Of a stretch of 44,156 nucleotides of DNA, positions 8,775 to 19,888 are shown piece after piece. This stretch comes from Candidatus Hermodarchaeota archaeon. Lineage in GTDB: Archaea; Asgardarchaeota; Lokiarchaeia; Sigyniarchaeales; SOKP01. Every line of letters starts with the position of its first letter. The stretch's first letter is position 1. Under the pieces are notes generated by a model. The model had not been told where the DNA came from. It saw only the letters and a list, made by a program, of their open reading frames with translations, and searched no databases. The stretch spans positions 57,233 through 101,388 of the forward strand of contig JBHLLP010000009.1 in the NCBI GenBank assembly GCA_048885525.1, read 5' to 3'. A program made the translations under genes and the position numbers.

Positions 8775-9740
8775 TTGAAAATTATGAATGCAATCGAAGT
8801 AAAAAATCTAAGAAAATATTATAACAGAGGAAAAGTTAAAGCTGTTGATGGTATTTCTTTTGAGGTTCCAGAAGGCTCCCGATTTGGTTTTCTTGGACCA
8901 AATGGGGCAGGAAAAACCACAACTATTCGTTGTTTACTTGGATTTTTAAACATTGATGCTGGTGATATAACTATTCTTGGAAAAAATATTAATCCCAAAA
9001 AGGATGTAGAAATACGAAATCGAATTGGATATTTGCCTGGGGAGCTCGGGATCTACAAGGAAATGAGTGTTACCCAATTAATTAAATATTTTTCGAAGCT
9101 TTACAAAGTTGAAATTGACTGGAGATTTATTGATGAGGTTGCTGAACGCCTTAAAATCGAAATGGACCGAAAGATGGGAATTTTAAGCAAAGGTAATAAA
9201 CAGAAAGCGGGAGTTTTAGTAGCATTAATGGGAAAATTTGATTTATTAATCATGGATGAGCCAACTTCAGGACTTGACCCATTAAATCAGAGTGAATTTT
9301 ATCGAATTGTATCTGAACGTCAGAAAGAATCAAATTGTACTGTTTTTGTTTGTTCTCATGTATTACCAGAAGTTGAAAAGTTCTGCAATAAGGTAGCTAT
9401 TATAAAAAAAGGGAAAATTGCAGAGATTTCGGATGTTAGGGATCTAAAGGCTAAAAATTTGAAAAATATTGAATTACTCTTTGAAACACCGAAAGGCTTA
9501 GAAGCATTTACAAACTTTTTATCTTCTGAAGTTCCTGAAGCTATTGTGAAACAATCCTACAATGTCGAGCTTCAATTTTTAGTCCCTCCAGAACAAACTC
9601 GGAAAGTCTTACATGAAATTAGCGAGAAAAACTGGGATGGGGCACCTATAAGAGATATTTCGGTTACTCATTCCACATTAGAGAATATTTTTATGCAATA
9701 TTACAAAAATGATACAATAGAAGGAGGCGAAGCGGCATGA
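8775..9740 (+). CDS. ABC-2 type exporter ATP-binding subunit
   Basis: Walker A GPNGAGKTT, signature LSKGNKQK, Walker B LLIMDEPTSGLD, H-loop CSH. Confidence 0.95.
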   Translation: MKIMNAIEVKNLRKYYNRGKVKAVDGISFEVPEGSRFGFLGPNGAGKTTTIRCLLGFLNIDAGDITILGKNINPKKDVEIRNRIGYLPGELGIYKEMSVTQLIKYFSKLYKVEIDWRFIDEVAERLKIEMDRKMGILSKGNKQKAGVLVALMGKFDLLIMDEPTSGLDPLNQSEFYRIVSERQKESNCTVFVCSHVLPEVEKFCNKVAIIKKGKIAEISDVRDLKAKNLKNIELLFETPKGLEAFTNFLSSEVPEAIVKQSYNVELQFLVPPEQTRKVLHEISEKNWDGAPIRDISVTHSTLENIFMQYYKNDTIEGGEAA

Positions 9741-10558
9741 AATTGAATTCAATTAAAATTGTACTAAAAGAACTTACAACAAGTAAAAAAGGAATTATTT
9801 TATATACTGGCTTAATGGGACTCTTCTATATGTGGTTTGTTTCCATTTTTGACCCCGTCTTCTTCGAGGATTTTGAAGCATTGCTCGACTCTTATCCAGA
9901 AGCAATAAGGCAGATGATTGGAGAATATTTTTCTCTTAGTACAATTGGGGGCTTGCTGAATATATATTTATTTTCAATGAGTTTATTCTTTTTTGGAATT
10001 TATTTTATCTTAAAGGCTTCCCAAGATATTCCAAGAGAGATTGATAATAAAACAATTGATCTAATGCTGTCCAAACCTATTAAAAGATGGGAATTCTCTC
10101 TTGGAAAATACTTATATCATATTTCTGGTGCGATTATCGTTTTAGGAGGAGTAATGTTAGCAGTAATTACAGGTTTCTTTGTTATGCCGAATATTATACT
10201 TAATGAAGTTCCATGGGCAGAATTTTTTGCTGCTTTTGCAGTAATGATCTTGCTAAATCTCTGTATTGTCACAACTGGATTCTTTTTTTCGACTTTCATG
10301 AACACAAAGAAATCTTTAGTTTTAAGTTTTGGTGTAGTTGTCTTCTTATATGCAATTGGTCAATTCTGGCAGAGTTTTGGGGAAAATTTGGAAGGAATTA
10401 AATATTTCAGTATTTTTTACTATTCTGACATGTCGAATCTCCTTGTAAATGGTAATTGGGATGCAGTACCAATAAAAATCGTGTTTCTCTCAAGTTATAC
10501 GATTATTTTAGCTGTTGCTTCAATATTAATTTTCAATAAACGGGATATCCCCGTCTAA
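9737..10558 (+). CDS. ABC-2 type exporter permease
   Basis: 6 TM helices, EIDNKTIDLMLSKPIKRW..GKY, C-terminal FNKRDI; ATGA overlap with the ATPase and GGAGG SD. Confidence 0.9.
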   Translation: MKLNSIKIVLKELTTSKKGIILYTGLMGLFYMWFVSIFDPVFFEDFEALLDSYPEAIRQMIGEYFSLSTIGGLLNIYLFSMSLFFFGIYFILKASQDIPREIDNKTIDLMLSKPIKRWEFSLGKYLYHISGAIIVLGGVMLAVITGFFVMPNIILNEVPWAEFFAAFAVMILLNLCIVTTGFFFSTFMNTKKSLVLSFGVVVFLYAIGQFWQSFGENLEGIKYFSIFYYSDMSNLLVNGNWDAVPIKIVFLSSYTIILAVASILIFNKRDIPV

Positions 10559-10737
10559 ATTTATATTTTTTCCTATTTTTTAGAGTTTATAGACTCAAAA
10601 TTAGTTTAGAAAGACTAATTAAATAGTCAATACCAAAAATTTATAAGTTTGTCATTATACCAATATCTTTAATATTATAACATATATTTTTACGTTATAA
10701 TAAGAATATAGTAAGATCTTGAACGAGGTTAATCAAA

Positions 10738-12207
10738 ATGCCGAATTATTACCGTAAAAAAATACATTCAAAAGACCTTATAGCTACATTTGATGATGTA
10801 TTAATACTCCCGGGCTTTACAAATTTTTCACCAAATGAAGTTAAAACTTCTTCAACCTTAGGAAAGTATCATTTAGAACTTCCCATATTATCATCGGCTA
10901 TGGATACTGTCACTGAAGAAAATATGGCAATCAGTATGGCTTTACGAGGCGGTCTTGGAGTTTTACATCGTAATTGTTCTTATGAACGACAATTAGAAAT
11001 GGTGAGGATTGTAAAACGAGCTCGATCTTTTGTAATTGAAGACGTGGCAACCATTAGCCCTAATTCAAAAGTCTCTAAAGCAAAATTTATGATGGAGAAT
11101 TATAATATCAGCGGAATCGTAGTAGTTAATGAATCTAATAAAGTATGTGGTATTTTTACTAAGCGGGATATTCCTTTCTTTGAAAAAGATCTACAAAATG
11201 GAGCAATAAAAGATTATATGACTAAAAATGTAATTTCTATCAAACCTGGAGCTTCTAGAGGTGAAGCACTGAAAATTTTATACGAATCACGTAAAGAGAA
11301 ATTGCCAATTATAGATGAAAATGGATTCTTGAAAGGATTAATCACAAAGAAGGATTTAGCCCCAGAATTTCCATTCGCCTCTAAAGATGATGAAGGGCAT
11401 CTACTATGCGCTTTAGCATTATCTCCTAAGTTTCCAGAATCTTCTCAATCTCAAGAAATTTTGAAAGAAATTGATAAATTTGTAGACATTTTCTTTATAG
11501 ATGTTGCTGATTTTTATAAGAAAGATGATATCGAAGGTACAAAGAAGCTAATGAGCCTCCTGCAATCAGATTTTGTTTTAGGGAATATCGGCACTTATCA
11601 GGCCGCAGAATATATAATCTCAAAATGTGATTTTATAGAGGACCGCTTTATTGGATTAAAAGTGGGAATGGGTTCTGGTTCGATTTGTACTACATCGATA
11701 CAAACAGGGGTGGGAGCTCCAACTCTATTTGCTACAGCACAGGTAGCTGATGCTATACAAGATTATAATTCAAAATTATCTTTAATTGCAGATGGGGGAT
11801 TTACTAAACCTGGGGACTTACCAAAAGCCTTTGCCGCAGGTGCAGATCTAATTATGTCAGGACATTTCTTTGCTGGAACTGATGAATCTCCTGGTTTTAT
11901 AGATACTATTGCGGGAAGAAAAGTAAAAGTTTATCGAGGTATGGGGAGTAAAGACGCAAGAGTCTCAGGTTATATAGCGGATCGTTATACAGAAGGCTCA
12001 AAAATGCTAACTGAAGGTGTTAGTGATTATGTGCCCTATGTAGGTGATGTAGCTGGAGTTTTAGCAACTTTAAAAGAAGGATTAGCTAATGGAATGATAT
12101 ATGCTGGTGCTAGTTCTATTAAAGAGATGAATAAGGTTTCTCTAGGAATAGTATCAGTTGTTGGTCAACGTGAAACTGCACCACACAATCTTATTGGTAA
12201 ATTTTAG
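10738..12207 (+). CDS. guaB: IMP dehydrogenase with CBS pair
   Basis: TFDDVLILP, SAMDTVTE, GGLGVLHRN, catalytic GMGSGSICTT, IADGG, YRGMGS, EGV. Confidence 0.95.
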   Translation: MPNYYRKKIHSKDLIATFDDVLILPGFTNFSPNEVKTSSTLGKYHLELPILSSAMDTVTEENMAISMALRGGLGVLHRNCSYERQLEMVRIVKRARSFVIEDVATISPNSKVSKAKFMMENYNISGIVVVNESNKVCGIFTKRDIPFFEKDLQNGAIKDYMTKNVISIKPGASRGEALKILYESRKEKLPIIDENGFLKGLITKKDLAPEFPFASKDDEGHLLCALALSPKFPESSQSQEILKEIDKFVDIFFIDVADFYKKDDIEGTKKLMSLLQSDFVLGNIGTYQAAEYIISKCDFIEDRFIGLKVGMGSGSICTTSIQTGVGAPTLFATAQVADAIQDYNSKLSLIADGGFTKPGDLPKAFAAGADLIMSGHFFAGTDESPGFIDTIAGRKVKVYRGMGSKDARVSGYIADRYTEGSKMLTEGVSDYVPYVGDVAGVLATLKEGLANGMIYAGASSIKEMNKVSLGIVSVVGQRETAPHNLIGKF

Positions 12208-12465
12208 ATACTTAATATGGATCTTCAAAAAAAATAGAATTTAAAATAACTTATGGAATTAGTATAAGTTGCTTTTTATCAATATTTTCTGGATCTCCAC
12301 CCTCTTCAAGAATATTTGTATAAATCTTTAGTTTTTTTAGATTTTAAATTATCAACCTTAATTTTACTTATTAAAGATCTATTAACTAAGTTTTAACAAA
12401 AATAAATCTTTCTTTTTTATTATTACTTCTAATATTTAAACAAATTAATTCAAATTAGATTTTAT

Positions 12466-14070
12466 ATGAAAGCAATAAAAAGAGTTATTATTAGTGTTTT
12501 TGATAAACGTGGGATTATTGAGTTTGCAAAGGTATTATTAAATGAATTCAATGTTGAAATTCTTTCTACAGGAGGCACTGGGACCCTCTTAGAGGAAAAT
12601 GGAATTAGATATACCAAAATATCTGAATTTACTGAATCACCAGAAATGTTTGATGGTAGAATTAAAACTTTACATCCTAAAATTGAAGGGGGAATTTTAT
12701 ATCGTAGAGGTTTGCAGAAGGATGTTGATGATGCTAATAAATATAATATTAAACCAATTGATATGGTTATCTGTAATTTGTATCAATTCAAAGAAGCAAT
12801 TGAGAAACCAGGAATAGCTCTTGATGATGCATTGGAGCTTATAGATATCGGAGGGCCAACTATGATTCGTGCGGCAGCAAAAAATTTTCCCGATGTTATT
12901 GTCGTTCCAAGTCCAGACTATTATGATGAAATTATTGAAGAGCTTAGAAAAAATAAAGGTGCAATTACAGAAAAAACTCGAATTATCCTCGCTCAAGACG
13001 TCTTTTCTATTATGGCAGATTATAATGCTGCAATTGCAAATTTTCTTCAAAAATATTACAATCCAGAAGCTTTATTACCCAAAACAATGATAAAAGTATA
13101 TGAAAAAGTACAAGATTGTAGATATGGGGAAAATTGGGATCAAGTGGCAGCATATTATAAAGATTCCTATGCAGAATACGGACTTCATAATTTAATAAAA
13201 CTTAGTGGTAAGCAAATCTCATTTAATAATTATTTAGATATCGATTCTTGTATACAAATTCTTTTAGATTTTGGAGTTGAACACTATACAACAGCAATTC
13301 TAAAACATACAAGTCCCAATGGTTTAGCAATAGACAACAATGATCAACTTACATCAGTGAAAAAAGCATTCAACACAGATCCTTTATCGGCATTTGGAGG
13401 AATCTGGGGCGTTAACAAAGAATTGACTAAAGAAGTAGCTGATTATATTATAAATAAGGAAAAAATATTCGTTGATGTATTGATAGCACCTTCCTTTGAA
13501 AATGAGGCATTAGATATATTAAAACAAAAAAAGAATATGATTATAATTGAATATGGAGATTTTCTCAATAAAAGAAACGAAATATATAAAAATCTCGAAA
13601 TCAGAAGTGTACTGGGTGGAGTCCTTGTTCAAGAGTATGATTATAAACCAGTTATTAAAGAATGGAATGTTGTAAGCAAGAAAGAAGTGAATGATATTGA
13701 AAAGGAAGCTCTTATCTTTGCATATAAAGTTTCTAAATGGGCTAAATCAAATTCAGCATGTTTTGCTCAAATTTATGATGATGGAATTAATACCATAGGA
13801 ATTGGTACTGGACAACATAGTAGAGTTCATGTAGTTAAATTAGCAATTCAAAAAGCAATAGAATTTGGACATAGAGAAGAATTAAAGAACTCGTTTATGG
13901 GTACAGATTCTTTCTTCCCATTTCCTGATGGATTAAAAGTTGCTGTTGAAGCTGGAGCAAAAGCTATCATTAATCCAGGGGGATCCATAAGAGATGACGT
14001 TGTAATTAAATGTGCAGATGATCTAGGCTGTGCTTTAGTATTTTGTGGTAAAAGAGTCTTCAGACATTAA
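12466..14070 (+). CDS. purH: Bifunctional AICAR transformylase / IMP cyclohydrolase
   Basis: STGGT, GRIKTLHP, IDIGGPTMIRAAAKN, RYGEN, KHTSP, KSN, SDxFFPF-like TDSFFPF, PGGSIRD, RVFRH. Confidence 0.96.
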   Translation: MKAIKRVIISVFDKRGIIEFAKVLLNEFNVEILSTGGTGTLLEENGIRYTKISEFTESPEMFDGRIKTLHPKIEGGILYRRGLQKDVDDANKYNIKPIDMVICNLYQFKEAIEKPGIALDDALELIDIGGPTMIRAAAKNFPDVIVVPSPDYYDEIIEELRKNKGAITEKTRIILAQDVFSIMADYNAAIANFLQKYYNPEALLPKTMIKVYEKVQDCRYGENWDQVAAYYKDSYAEYGLHNLIKLSGKQISFNNYLDIDSCIQILLDFGVEHYTTAILKHTSPNGLAIDNNDQLTSVKKAFNTDPLSAFGGIWGVNKELTKEVADYIINKEKIFVDVLIAPSFENEALDILKQKKNMIIIEYGDFLNKRNEIYKNLEIRSVLGGVLVQEYDYKPVIKEWNVVSKKEVNDIEKEALIFAYKVSKWAKSNSACFAQIYDDGINTIGIGTGQHSRVHVVKLAIQKAIEFGHREELKNSFMGTDSFFPFPDGLKVAVEAGAKAIINPGGSIRDDVVIKCADDLGCALVFCGKRVFRH

Positions 14071-14285
14071 TATACTTTTAATCTCTCATAATAATATGAA
14101 GATTCAGTTTTTATTTTTTACATAAAATTCTTTTTAGATCTAACAAATTTGTTATAAAAAAAATATTTAAAGGAATAAAAACAATAATATAATACTCAAA
14201 AAAATCAATTTGATATTTTAAAATATTATTTTAAATGAGGAGAGTATTTCTAATCGTATCTTAATAAGATGGAGTTCTTTAAAAG

Positions 14286-14579
14286 ATGGATTTCTTTCTT
14301 GATAACTTAAAAGAAACAATTGAAGCGATAAATAAATTAATAGATAATAATGTTAACCTTGTTAATACTAAGAGAATTAGAAGGTGTTACAACATAAAAT
14401 CTTCAAATCGATCTAAGATAAACTTTATTTGGAGATCTCTAAAATGTCTTGAAGAAGAAGGAATCTTAACATTAAATGGAATAACCAATCCTAAAACTTA
14501 TAAGATTTTATCAAATGAAAAAATTGATGTTGATAAAGTACTCTCCCAAATTAAGGAAAACAAAAAAGATGATTTTTAG
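14286..14579 (+). CDS. Hypothetical small basic protein, possible winged-helix fold
   Basis: GGAG SD; pattern IWRSLKCLEEEGILTLNG..PKTY resembles a recognition helix plus wing. Confidence 0.6.
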   Translation: MDFFLDNLKETIEAINKLIDNNVNLVNTKRIRRCYNIKSSNRSKINFIWRSLKCLEEEGILTLNGITNPKTYKILSNEKIDVDKVLSQIKENKKDDF

Positions 14580-17302
14580 ATTAAATCTAACTCTACTAGC
14601 AACTCGTCTAATTTAATTTGAGACTCTTTATTATCTGGATTGTTAACTAATCGTTTTTGATAAAATATTATATTTGGATATTTTAATTCAAGTTTATTAA
14701 ATCGTTTCACCCAAATGTTAAAGTTATTTAATAGTTCATAAACTTCGGGGTCTTCTTCTAAAGCTTTTACTTCTTCTTTTTTTTCTCCTGAAAACATATT
14801 TTTATATTTTTTTATACTAACACCTTGATCTTTTAACAATTTATTATTGGTTTTACGAATAAAAGCTTCTAAACCGGTTCTCCAAATAATATATTTTTCG
14901 TTAATTTTATCAATTGTTTCTTGAATAACCTTTATCTCTTGTGGATAAATAGTTTCTTCTTTCTTAGTTAATATATTTTTGATTTTTTGAAATTCAATTT
15001 CAAATTTTTGAAGATATTTATTTACCATTTTTTCAAGCTCAAATAAAACAGTGTTATAATCTTTAGCAAATAAGACTTCATCACTAGAAAATGTTAGAGT
15101 CTCTTCATCGAAATTTCCTTTTAGCTTTCTTTTATTAACTAAACTATCAAAAATTTCTCTTATTAAGTCAATTTCTGAATTATTTAAGCTTTTTCCATAA
15201 AATAAATCATGAAAAGAAAATAAAAAACTATTTTCTAATATCAGATTGCGAATACCGCGTTCTGTATAAAAAAGAACTTCTCCCTCATTTTCATAAAAAA
15301 TTCCCTTTAATTTTCCATCATTTAATAAATCATTAATTAAATCTTCAATTAAACTTGAAGTGATATCATAACGACCTAAAGAAATGTAATCTTCAGACTT
15401 AGATCTATCAATTAGCATATATTTAATATCATTCTTAGCTTCCTCTATCTTTTGTGGGCTAAATATTAATAAATCTGCTTTCTTAAAATAAGAAATACCT
15501 ATTTCCTCAACAAACTTTAAAAAATCGTTTACTTCCATCCCAGTTTTTTCAAGATATTCGCTTATTCTTATTTTATCTTTTTGTTTTATCTCTTCTGCAA
15601 TTGATTGTAAGTTTTCATCAATCTTGGATAAGATATGACTTTTATCGATATTAAGTTCCTTAGAAATTTTAATAATTTGGGTGAGCTTTTCATTTTCGTC
15701 GATTATTTTAGTAATTTCGCCAATTTTTTGTTTTAAAAATTTAGAATAATAGAATATTTCTTTATTTTTATCCCAAATACCACTTCTATAATCTACAAAT
15801 TGATCAAAAACGTCTATTAAAAGAAGATGCCCAATGTTAAGTTTTTCTGAGATTTTAATAATATCAAAATAACCAACGATTTTAGAATTTTGGATTTCAT
15901 TAGCTACTTTTTGTACACCTAGATTAGTCAACCACTGCGTTCCCTTACGAAATCCAGATAGGTATTCTCTAGGTAAATTTTTTATTAATCTTATGAAATC
16001 CTCCTCTATTAGTGTTTCTCTATATAGTTTCAGTTCTATTACACTCTGTTTTACTGCTTTAGAATTAATTTGTTCCTTGATTTGTTTTAATGATGCATAG
16101 TTTTCTTTATCTTTATATAATAAGAATGTTTCATTTGTAGATTTAGAAATATTTTCGATGATTTTATTAATAAATTTTTGTGGAAGGAAATTAAAATTCT
16201 TCAAATTTATAGTTCCATTTATTTCTAGATCTTCTATAAGTTTAAGCCTCACATAATTATGTGGATAAAAAAATCCAATATCAGAATAATATCCATTGAT
16301 AATCTTTAAGTTAATCAATGTTTTAATAAAGATCTTAAGTTCTGAATCATTATCTATAACCTGAGAAAAAACTTTTCGTATTTTTTCATTAGATATCTTT
16401 AGTTTTCCTTCAAAGAATTTATTTAGTTTAGCTTTCTCTAACTCATAAACAAATATTACCTTTTCTTTGGATTTTGTATAGAAATAGATTTTTTTGTTCT
16501 TTTGTTTTGATTTTTCAAATTTTTTCAAATATTCTTTTAATTTTAAACTTTTATTTTTACTCAATGCTGTGAGATTATACTTTTTCATTAAAAAATGGTT
16601 ATCTAATGACTTTATAACATTTTTAGCATTTTGCTCATTAAAATCAGGTATATCTAGCATTGGTAAAAATTTCCTAAGCAAATTTATTAATTTATTATAA
16701 AATTCAGATGGTTGACTTTCATCAAATGAAGCAAATAGAGATTTAGAGATTTTTCTTAATTTATATAATTGATCAAATTCTAAATCTTCACAATAATCAA
16801 GAAAATTTAATAAAGAATTAAGATTATAATTATTTTTTTCAATCTCAAGACTTTCAATTAAGATATCTTTACTTAAGTTTACTATTTCTGGATTTTTTTT
16901 AATTAATTCTAAGAAAAAATAGTGAACATTATCTCTCACGTCTTTAGATTGATCTGTTAGAAGTTCAGCAAATTTATGGAAATACTTTTCAATTATAATA
17001 GGTCTAGCAATCAAAGCAAAACCAATTACAATTAATGAGTTTAATTTTAATTTTACATTTTCAGATTGAAGAAAAATTACGAACTTTTTTATTAATTCAT
17101 CAGTAATGAGGTCTATTCTGTTTTCAGCTAAAATACTTAAGATATATGTTATTGGTACAACATATTCTTGTTCATCTAATAAATTTTGAAATTCATTAAG
17201 TAATTTTAATATTTTATCAGTCTTTTTTTTGTTTAGATATTTGTTAAGTCTATCAACTTTTTCTAGAATAAAGCTATCTTCAAACTCTTCAAGATTAAAC
17301 AT
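14576..17302 (-). CDS. Large protein: N-terminal HEAT/ARM repeats, tandem winged-helix (PCI/UFL1-like) repeats, C-terminal helical region
   Basis: FLQSENVKLKLNSL and LLTDQSKDVRDNV (HEAT); repeated L..G.L.G..x4-6.F motifs (LINLKIINGYY, LLNDGKLKGIF, LVNKRKLKGNFD). Confidence 0.65.
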   Translation of the reverse strand: MFNLEEFEDSFILEKVDRLNKYLNKKKTDKILKLLNEFQNLLDEQEYVVPITYILSILAENRIDLITDELIKKFVIFLQSENVKLKLNSLIVIGFALIARPIIIEKYFHKFAELLTDQSKDVRDNVHYFFLELIKKNPEIVNLSKDILIESLEIEKNNYNLNSLLNFLDYCEDLEFDQLYKLRKISKSLFASFDESQPSEFYNKLINLLRKFLPMLDIPDFNEQNAKNVIKSLDNHFLMKKYNLTALSKNKSLKLKEYLKKFEKSKQKNKKIYFYTKSKEKVIFVYELEKAKLNKFFEGKLKISNEKIRKVFSQVIDNDSELKIFIKTLINLKIINGYYSDIGFFYPHNYVRLKLIEDLEINGTINLKNFNFLPQKFINKIIENISKSTNETFLLYKDKENYASLKQIKEQINSKAVKQSVIELKLYRETLIEEDFIRLIKNLPREYLSGFRKGTQWLTNLGVQKVANEIQNSKIVGYFDIIKISEKLNIGHLLLIDVFDQFVDYRSGIWDKNKEIFYYSKFLKQKIGEITKIIDENEKLTQIIKISKELNIDKSHILSKIDENLQSIAEEIKQKDKIRISEYLEKTGMEVNDFLKFVEEIGISYFKKADLLIFSPQKIEEAKNDIKYMLIDRSKSEDYISLGRYDITSSLIEDLINDLLNDGKLKGIFYENEGEVLFYTERGIRNLILENSFLFSFHDLFYGKSLNNSEIDLIREIFDSLVNKRKLKGNFDEETLTFSSDEVLFAKDYNTVLFELEKMVNKYLQKFEIEFQKIKNILTKKEETIYPQEIKVIQETIDKINEKYIIWRTGLEAFIRKTNNKLLKDQGVSIKKYKNMFSGEKKEEVKALEEDPEVYELLNNFNIWVKRFNKLELKYPNIIFYQKRLVNNPDNKESQIKLDELLVELDLI

Positions 17303-17321
17303 ATTTGATTTAATTTAGTCT

Positions 17322-18047
17322 TTAATCCAATAAGAATTTTTTGAAATATTCAATTTCTATTATATTTTTAATGTTTTCAATTAAAAATGTTGGATTAGTT
17401 TTTTCTAAATCTTCCCTTGTACCATGACCAGAAAGTAAAGCTATACTTTTAACATCTGCTTTTTTAGCACATTCAATATCTGCTGGTAGATCACCGATAT
17501 AAAATACTTTATCTTTATTTATTGAGTAATTATGTTTTTTCTTAATTTTCATTAAAGCGAAATAGATAGGGTATGGATTAGGTTTTCTAAAAGGAGTATC
17601 ATCCCGAGAGACAAAGACAGAAAAAAACTTATCTAAATTTAATTTTTTTTTAAAATAATCTAATCTCTTTTTGCTTGTATTTGAAACAATTCCTAAGTAT
17701 ATTCCCCTCTTTTTAAGTTGGATCAAAATTTCCTCAAGATATGGCTTTAAAGTCTCGTATTTTTCATATTTGGGATACATACGCCGAAATTTAATAAAAA
17801 AAATATTTCTTCTCCAAATGCTTGGAATAAAGGGTTGATATACCTTATTAATTTGTTTTAAAGCTAATAGTTTATTACTTGAGTCTGACTCTTCAAAAAG
17901 TCTAGCACAATCAATAAGTCTCATATTTTCAATATTCCGCCACCTATAAAACTTATTTCTCAATGAAATTAAAGCTGAATATTCAAGTGCTTTTTGAGTA
18001 ATGATAACTCCATCAAAATCGAACAAAAGAATTGGCGGGTGAGACAT
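17322..18047 (-). CDS. HAD-superfamily hydrolase (phosphoglycolate phosphatase-like)
   Basis: Motif I FDFDG, motif II VSN, motif III KPNP, motif IV GDLPAD. Confidence 0.9.
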   Translation of the reverse strand: MSHPPILLFDFDGVIITQKALEYSALISLRNKFYRWRNIENMRLIDCARLFEESDSSNKLLALKQINKVYQPFIPSIWRRNIFFIKFRRMYPKYEKYETLKPYLEEILIQLKKRGIYLGIVSNTSKKRLDYFKKKLNLDKFFSVFVSRDDTPFRKPNPYPIYFALMKIKKKHNYSINKDKVFYIGDLPADIECAKKADVKSIALLSGHGTREDLEKTNPTFLIENIKNIIEIEYFKKFLLD

Positions 18048-18161
18048 ATTTGTATTTAAAAGTGCTATTTACCAATTAAATTTATCGATATTTACGCGTT
18101 TTATCTTAACAAATAAAAGAATAAAAAATTAAAAAAAAAAATAAAAAATATTCTTAAAATT

Positions 18162-18830
18162 CTAGGCATCTATTTCGTCCGGTTCAACCGAAACATGAGA
18201 AAGCAACCAATCGAGTTGTTTTTCCCTTTTATTAATATTTAGTACTGTGTTAAGGATCATAACCTCATCTGCTTTTCCTGGCATAATAGTCATACGTCCG
18301 GATCGAAGCATGAAGAACTCAAATACATCAGGAATTTCTTTCCTAAATCGTAAGCTTTTAACTGGAAATCTTTCAGCTGAGCTAAAAATACCCGATTTAT
18401 GGATAATTTCATTTCTTTCAATTTTATAATATTCGAATCTCGTACTAATAACTATAATCCCTAGGATAAAGGCTAAAATTAATGTCATCACCAGATAGAA
18501 CTCCCATGGTAATGCTAAATCAAGTTGTATACCCGTGATATCGAAAGCGAAATTCGGCAGAACTAAGAAAACAAGAATCAAGAGAATAATAACAATAGCT
18601 AATATAAGTACAAAGAATTTAGTCGAAGAAAAATCAAAGGCTGTTACAAATATATTTACAAAGAAAACTATAAACCAAACATATCCAAGCACATAATTAG
18701 GATTTGTAAATGCTTGAATCAGCCATAAAACGAAACTTGTGATAAGTAATGGCCAGAAAAAGATGACTTTTGGATAGCTCCTTAAATATATTTCAGTTGG
18801 GTGTTTAATTGGTTTTTTTTGTTCAGACAT
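18162..18830 (-). CDS. Membrane protein (4 TM) with C-terminal bacterial-PH-like domain
   Basis: Four hydrophobic segments, then YYKIERNEIIHKSGIFSS..FP...FEFFMLRSGRMTI resembling bPH domains. Confidence 0.6.
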   Translation of the reverse strand: MSEQKKPIKHPTEIYLRSYPKVIFFWPLLITSFVLWLIQAFTNPNYVLGYVWFIVFFVNIFVTAFDFSSTKFFVLILAIVIILLILVFLVLPNFAFDITGIQLDLALPWEFYLVMTLILAFILGIIVISTRFEYYKIERNEIIHKSGIFSSAERFPVKSLRFRKEIPDVFEFFMLRSGRMTIMPGKADEVMILNTVLNINKREKQLDWLLSHVSVEPDEIDA

Positions 18831-19029
18831 AATAAATTTTCACTTATTATTTATTTTAATTTAAAGAAGATTATAAAAATAATAGATAGATGTGTTATTT
18901 AAATATTAGTATCTTTTCAAATTACCTAAAAATTGATTTAGATGAGTTTTTGATTATTTAGTTTCCATTATATTTAACAATAAAAATAATGAACTAAATT
19001 AAATAACTACTAATTTATTTGAACAATTA

Positions 19030-19776
19030 CTAAAAGAAACTAATAGATTGCACCATTTTATATGAAAATGCGATTTGTTGGTTGCCTTGATCGCTTATCC
19101 CCATATGGCCAGGAAGTAAATAATTTACATCCAAATTATTTACATATTTAATTGAATTGATTAACTTAGTTAGCGAACCTCCTGGAAAATCATATCTCCC
19201 AAAACTTCCTCCTATAAAAACTAAATCTCCAGGGATTAAAACCTTATTATTAGAATCATAAAAAGAAATTGATCCTAAGGAGTGTCCAGGAGTATAGTGG
19301 ATTTGGAAATTGTATTCAGAGGAAATTTTAATCTCTTTTGTATTAATTAAATCAATTATTTCTAATGGAATAATTTCAACTCCAAACATACTAGGTTTAA
19401 TTCCAAGATTTCCTGGAAATATTCGATTTTCATCTCCTTCTGTCAAGATTTTAGCCGTTTCACCATACGCAAAAACTTCAAGGGGATTATTTTTATTTAG
19501 TTTTACTAAAGGATAAAGTCCCAAAACATGATCTACATGTTCGTGAGTCAAAAACACTTTTCTAATATTAGAGGGATTAAGATTTAATTTTTCCATTCCT
19601 TTGAATAATCCTTTAAGAGATATACCATTACCTGCATCAAATAAAATTAATTCATCTGTAGCTGGATCCTTAATAATGTATTGATTACAATCCAACATTT
19701 GATTTTCAGAAAAAAAGAATAGATTAGATCTAACTTCTCTCCCCTTTTTTTCAGAATTTACACTCGAGAAAAACAT
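19030..19776 (-). CDS. Metallo-beta-lactamase fold hydrolase (glyoxalase II-like)
   Basis: THEHVDH, TPGHS, GDLVF..GR.D, PGH. Confidence 0.92.
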   Translation of the reverse strand: MFFSSVNSEKKGREVRSNLFFFSENQMLDCNQYIIKDPATDELILFDAGNGISLKGLFKGMEKLNLNPSNIRKVFLTHEHVDHVLGLYPLVKLNKNNPLEVFAYGETAKILTEGDENRIFPGNLGIKPSMFGVEIIPLEIIDLINTKEIKISSEYNFQIHYTPGHSLGSISFYDSNNKVLIPGDLVFIGGSFGRYDFPGGSLTKLINSIKYVNNLDVNYLLPGHMGISDQGNQQIAFSYKMVQSISFF

Positions 19777-19888
19777 AATGAAATTCTTAATAAAAATTGC
19801 TTAAAAAGATTAAAAAGGCGTAACTTTAATGTTTTTCTTTTCCAAAAATATAAAATTATTAAACAAACAAAAAATACATTATAATAGT

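Noticed and set aside
12250-12390. Coding-like minus-strand stretch (KIYTNILEEGGDPENIDKK) between guaB and purH
   Set aside because: No start codon, needs a frameshift and has no recognisable homology
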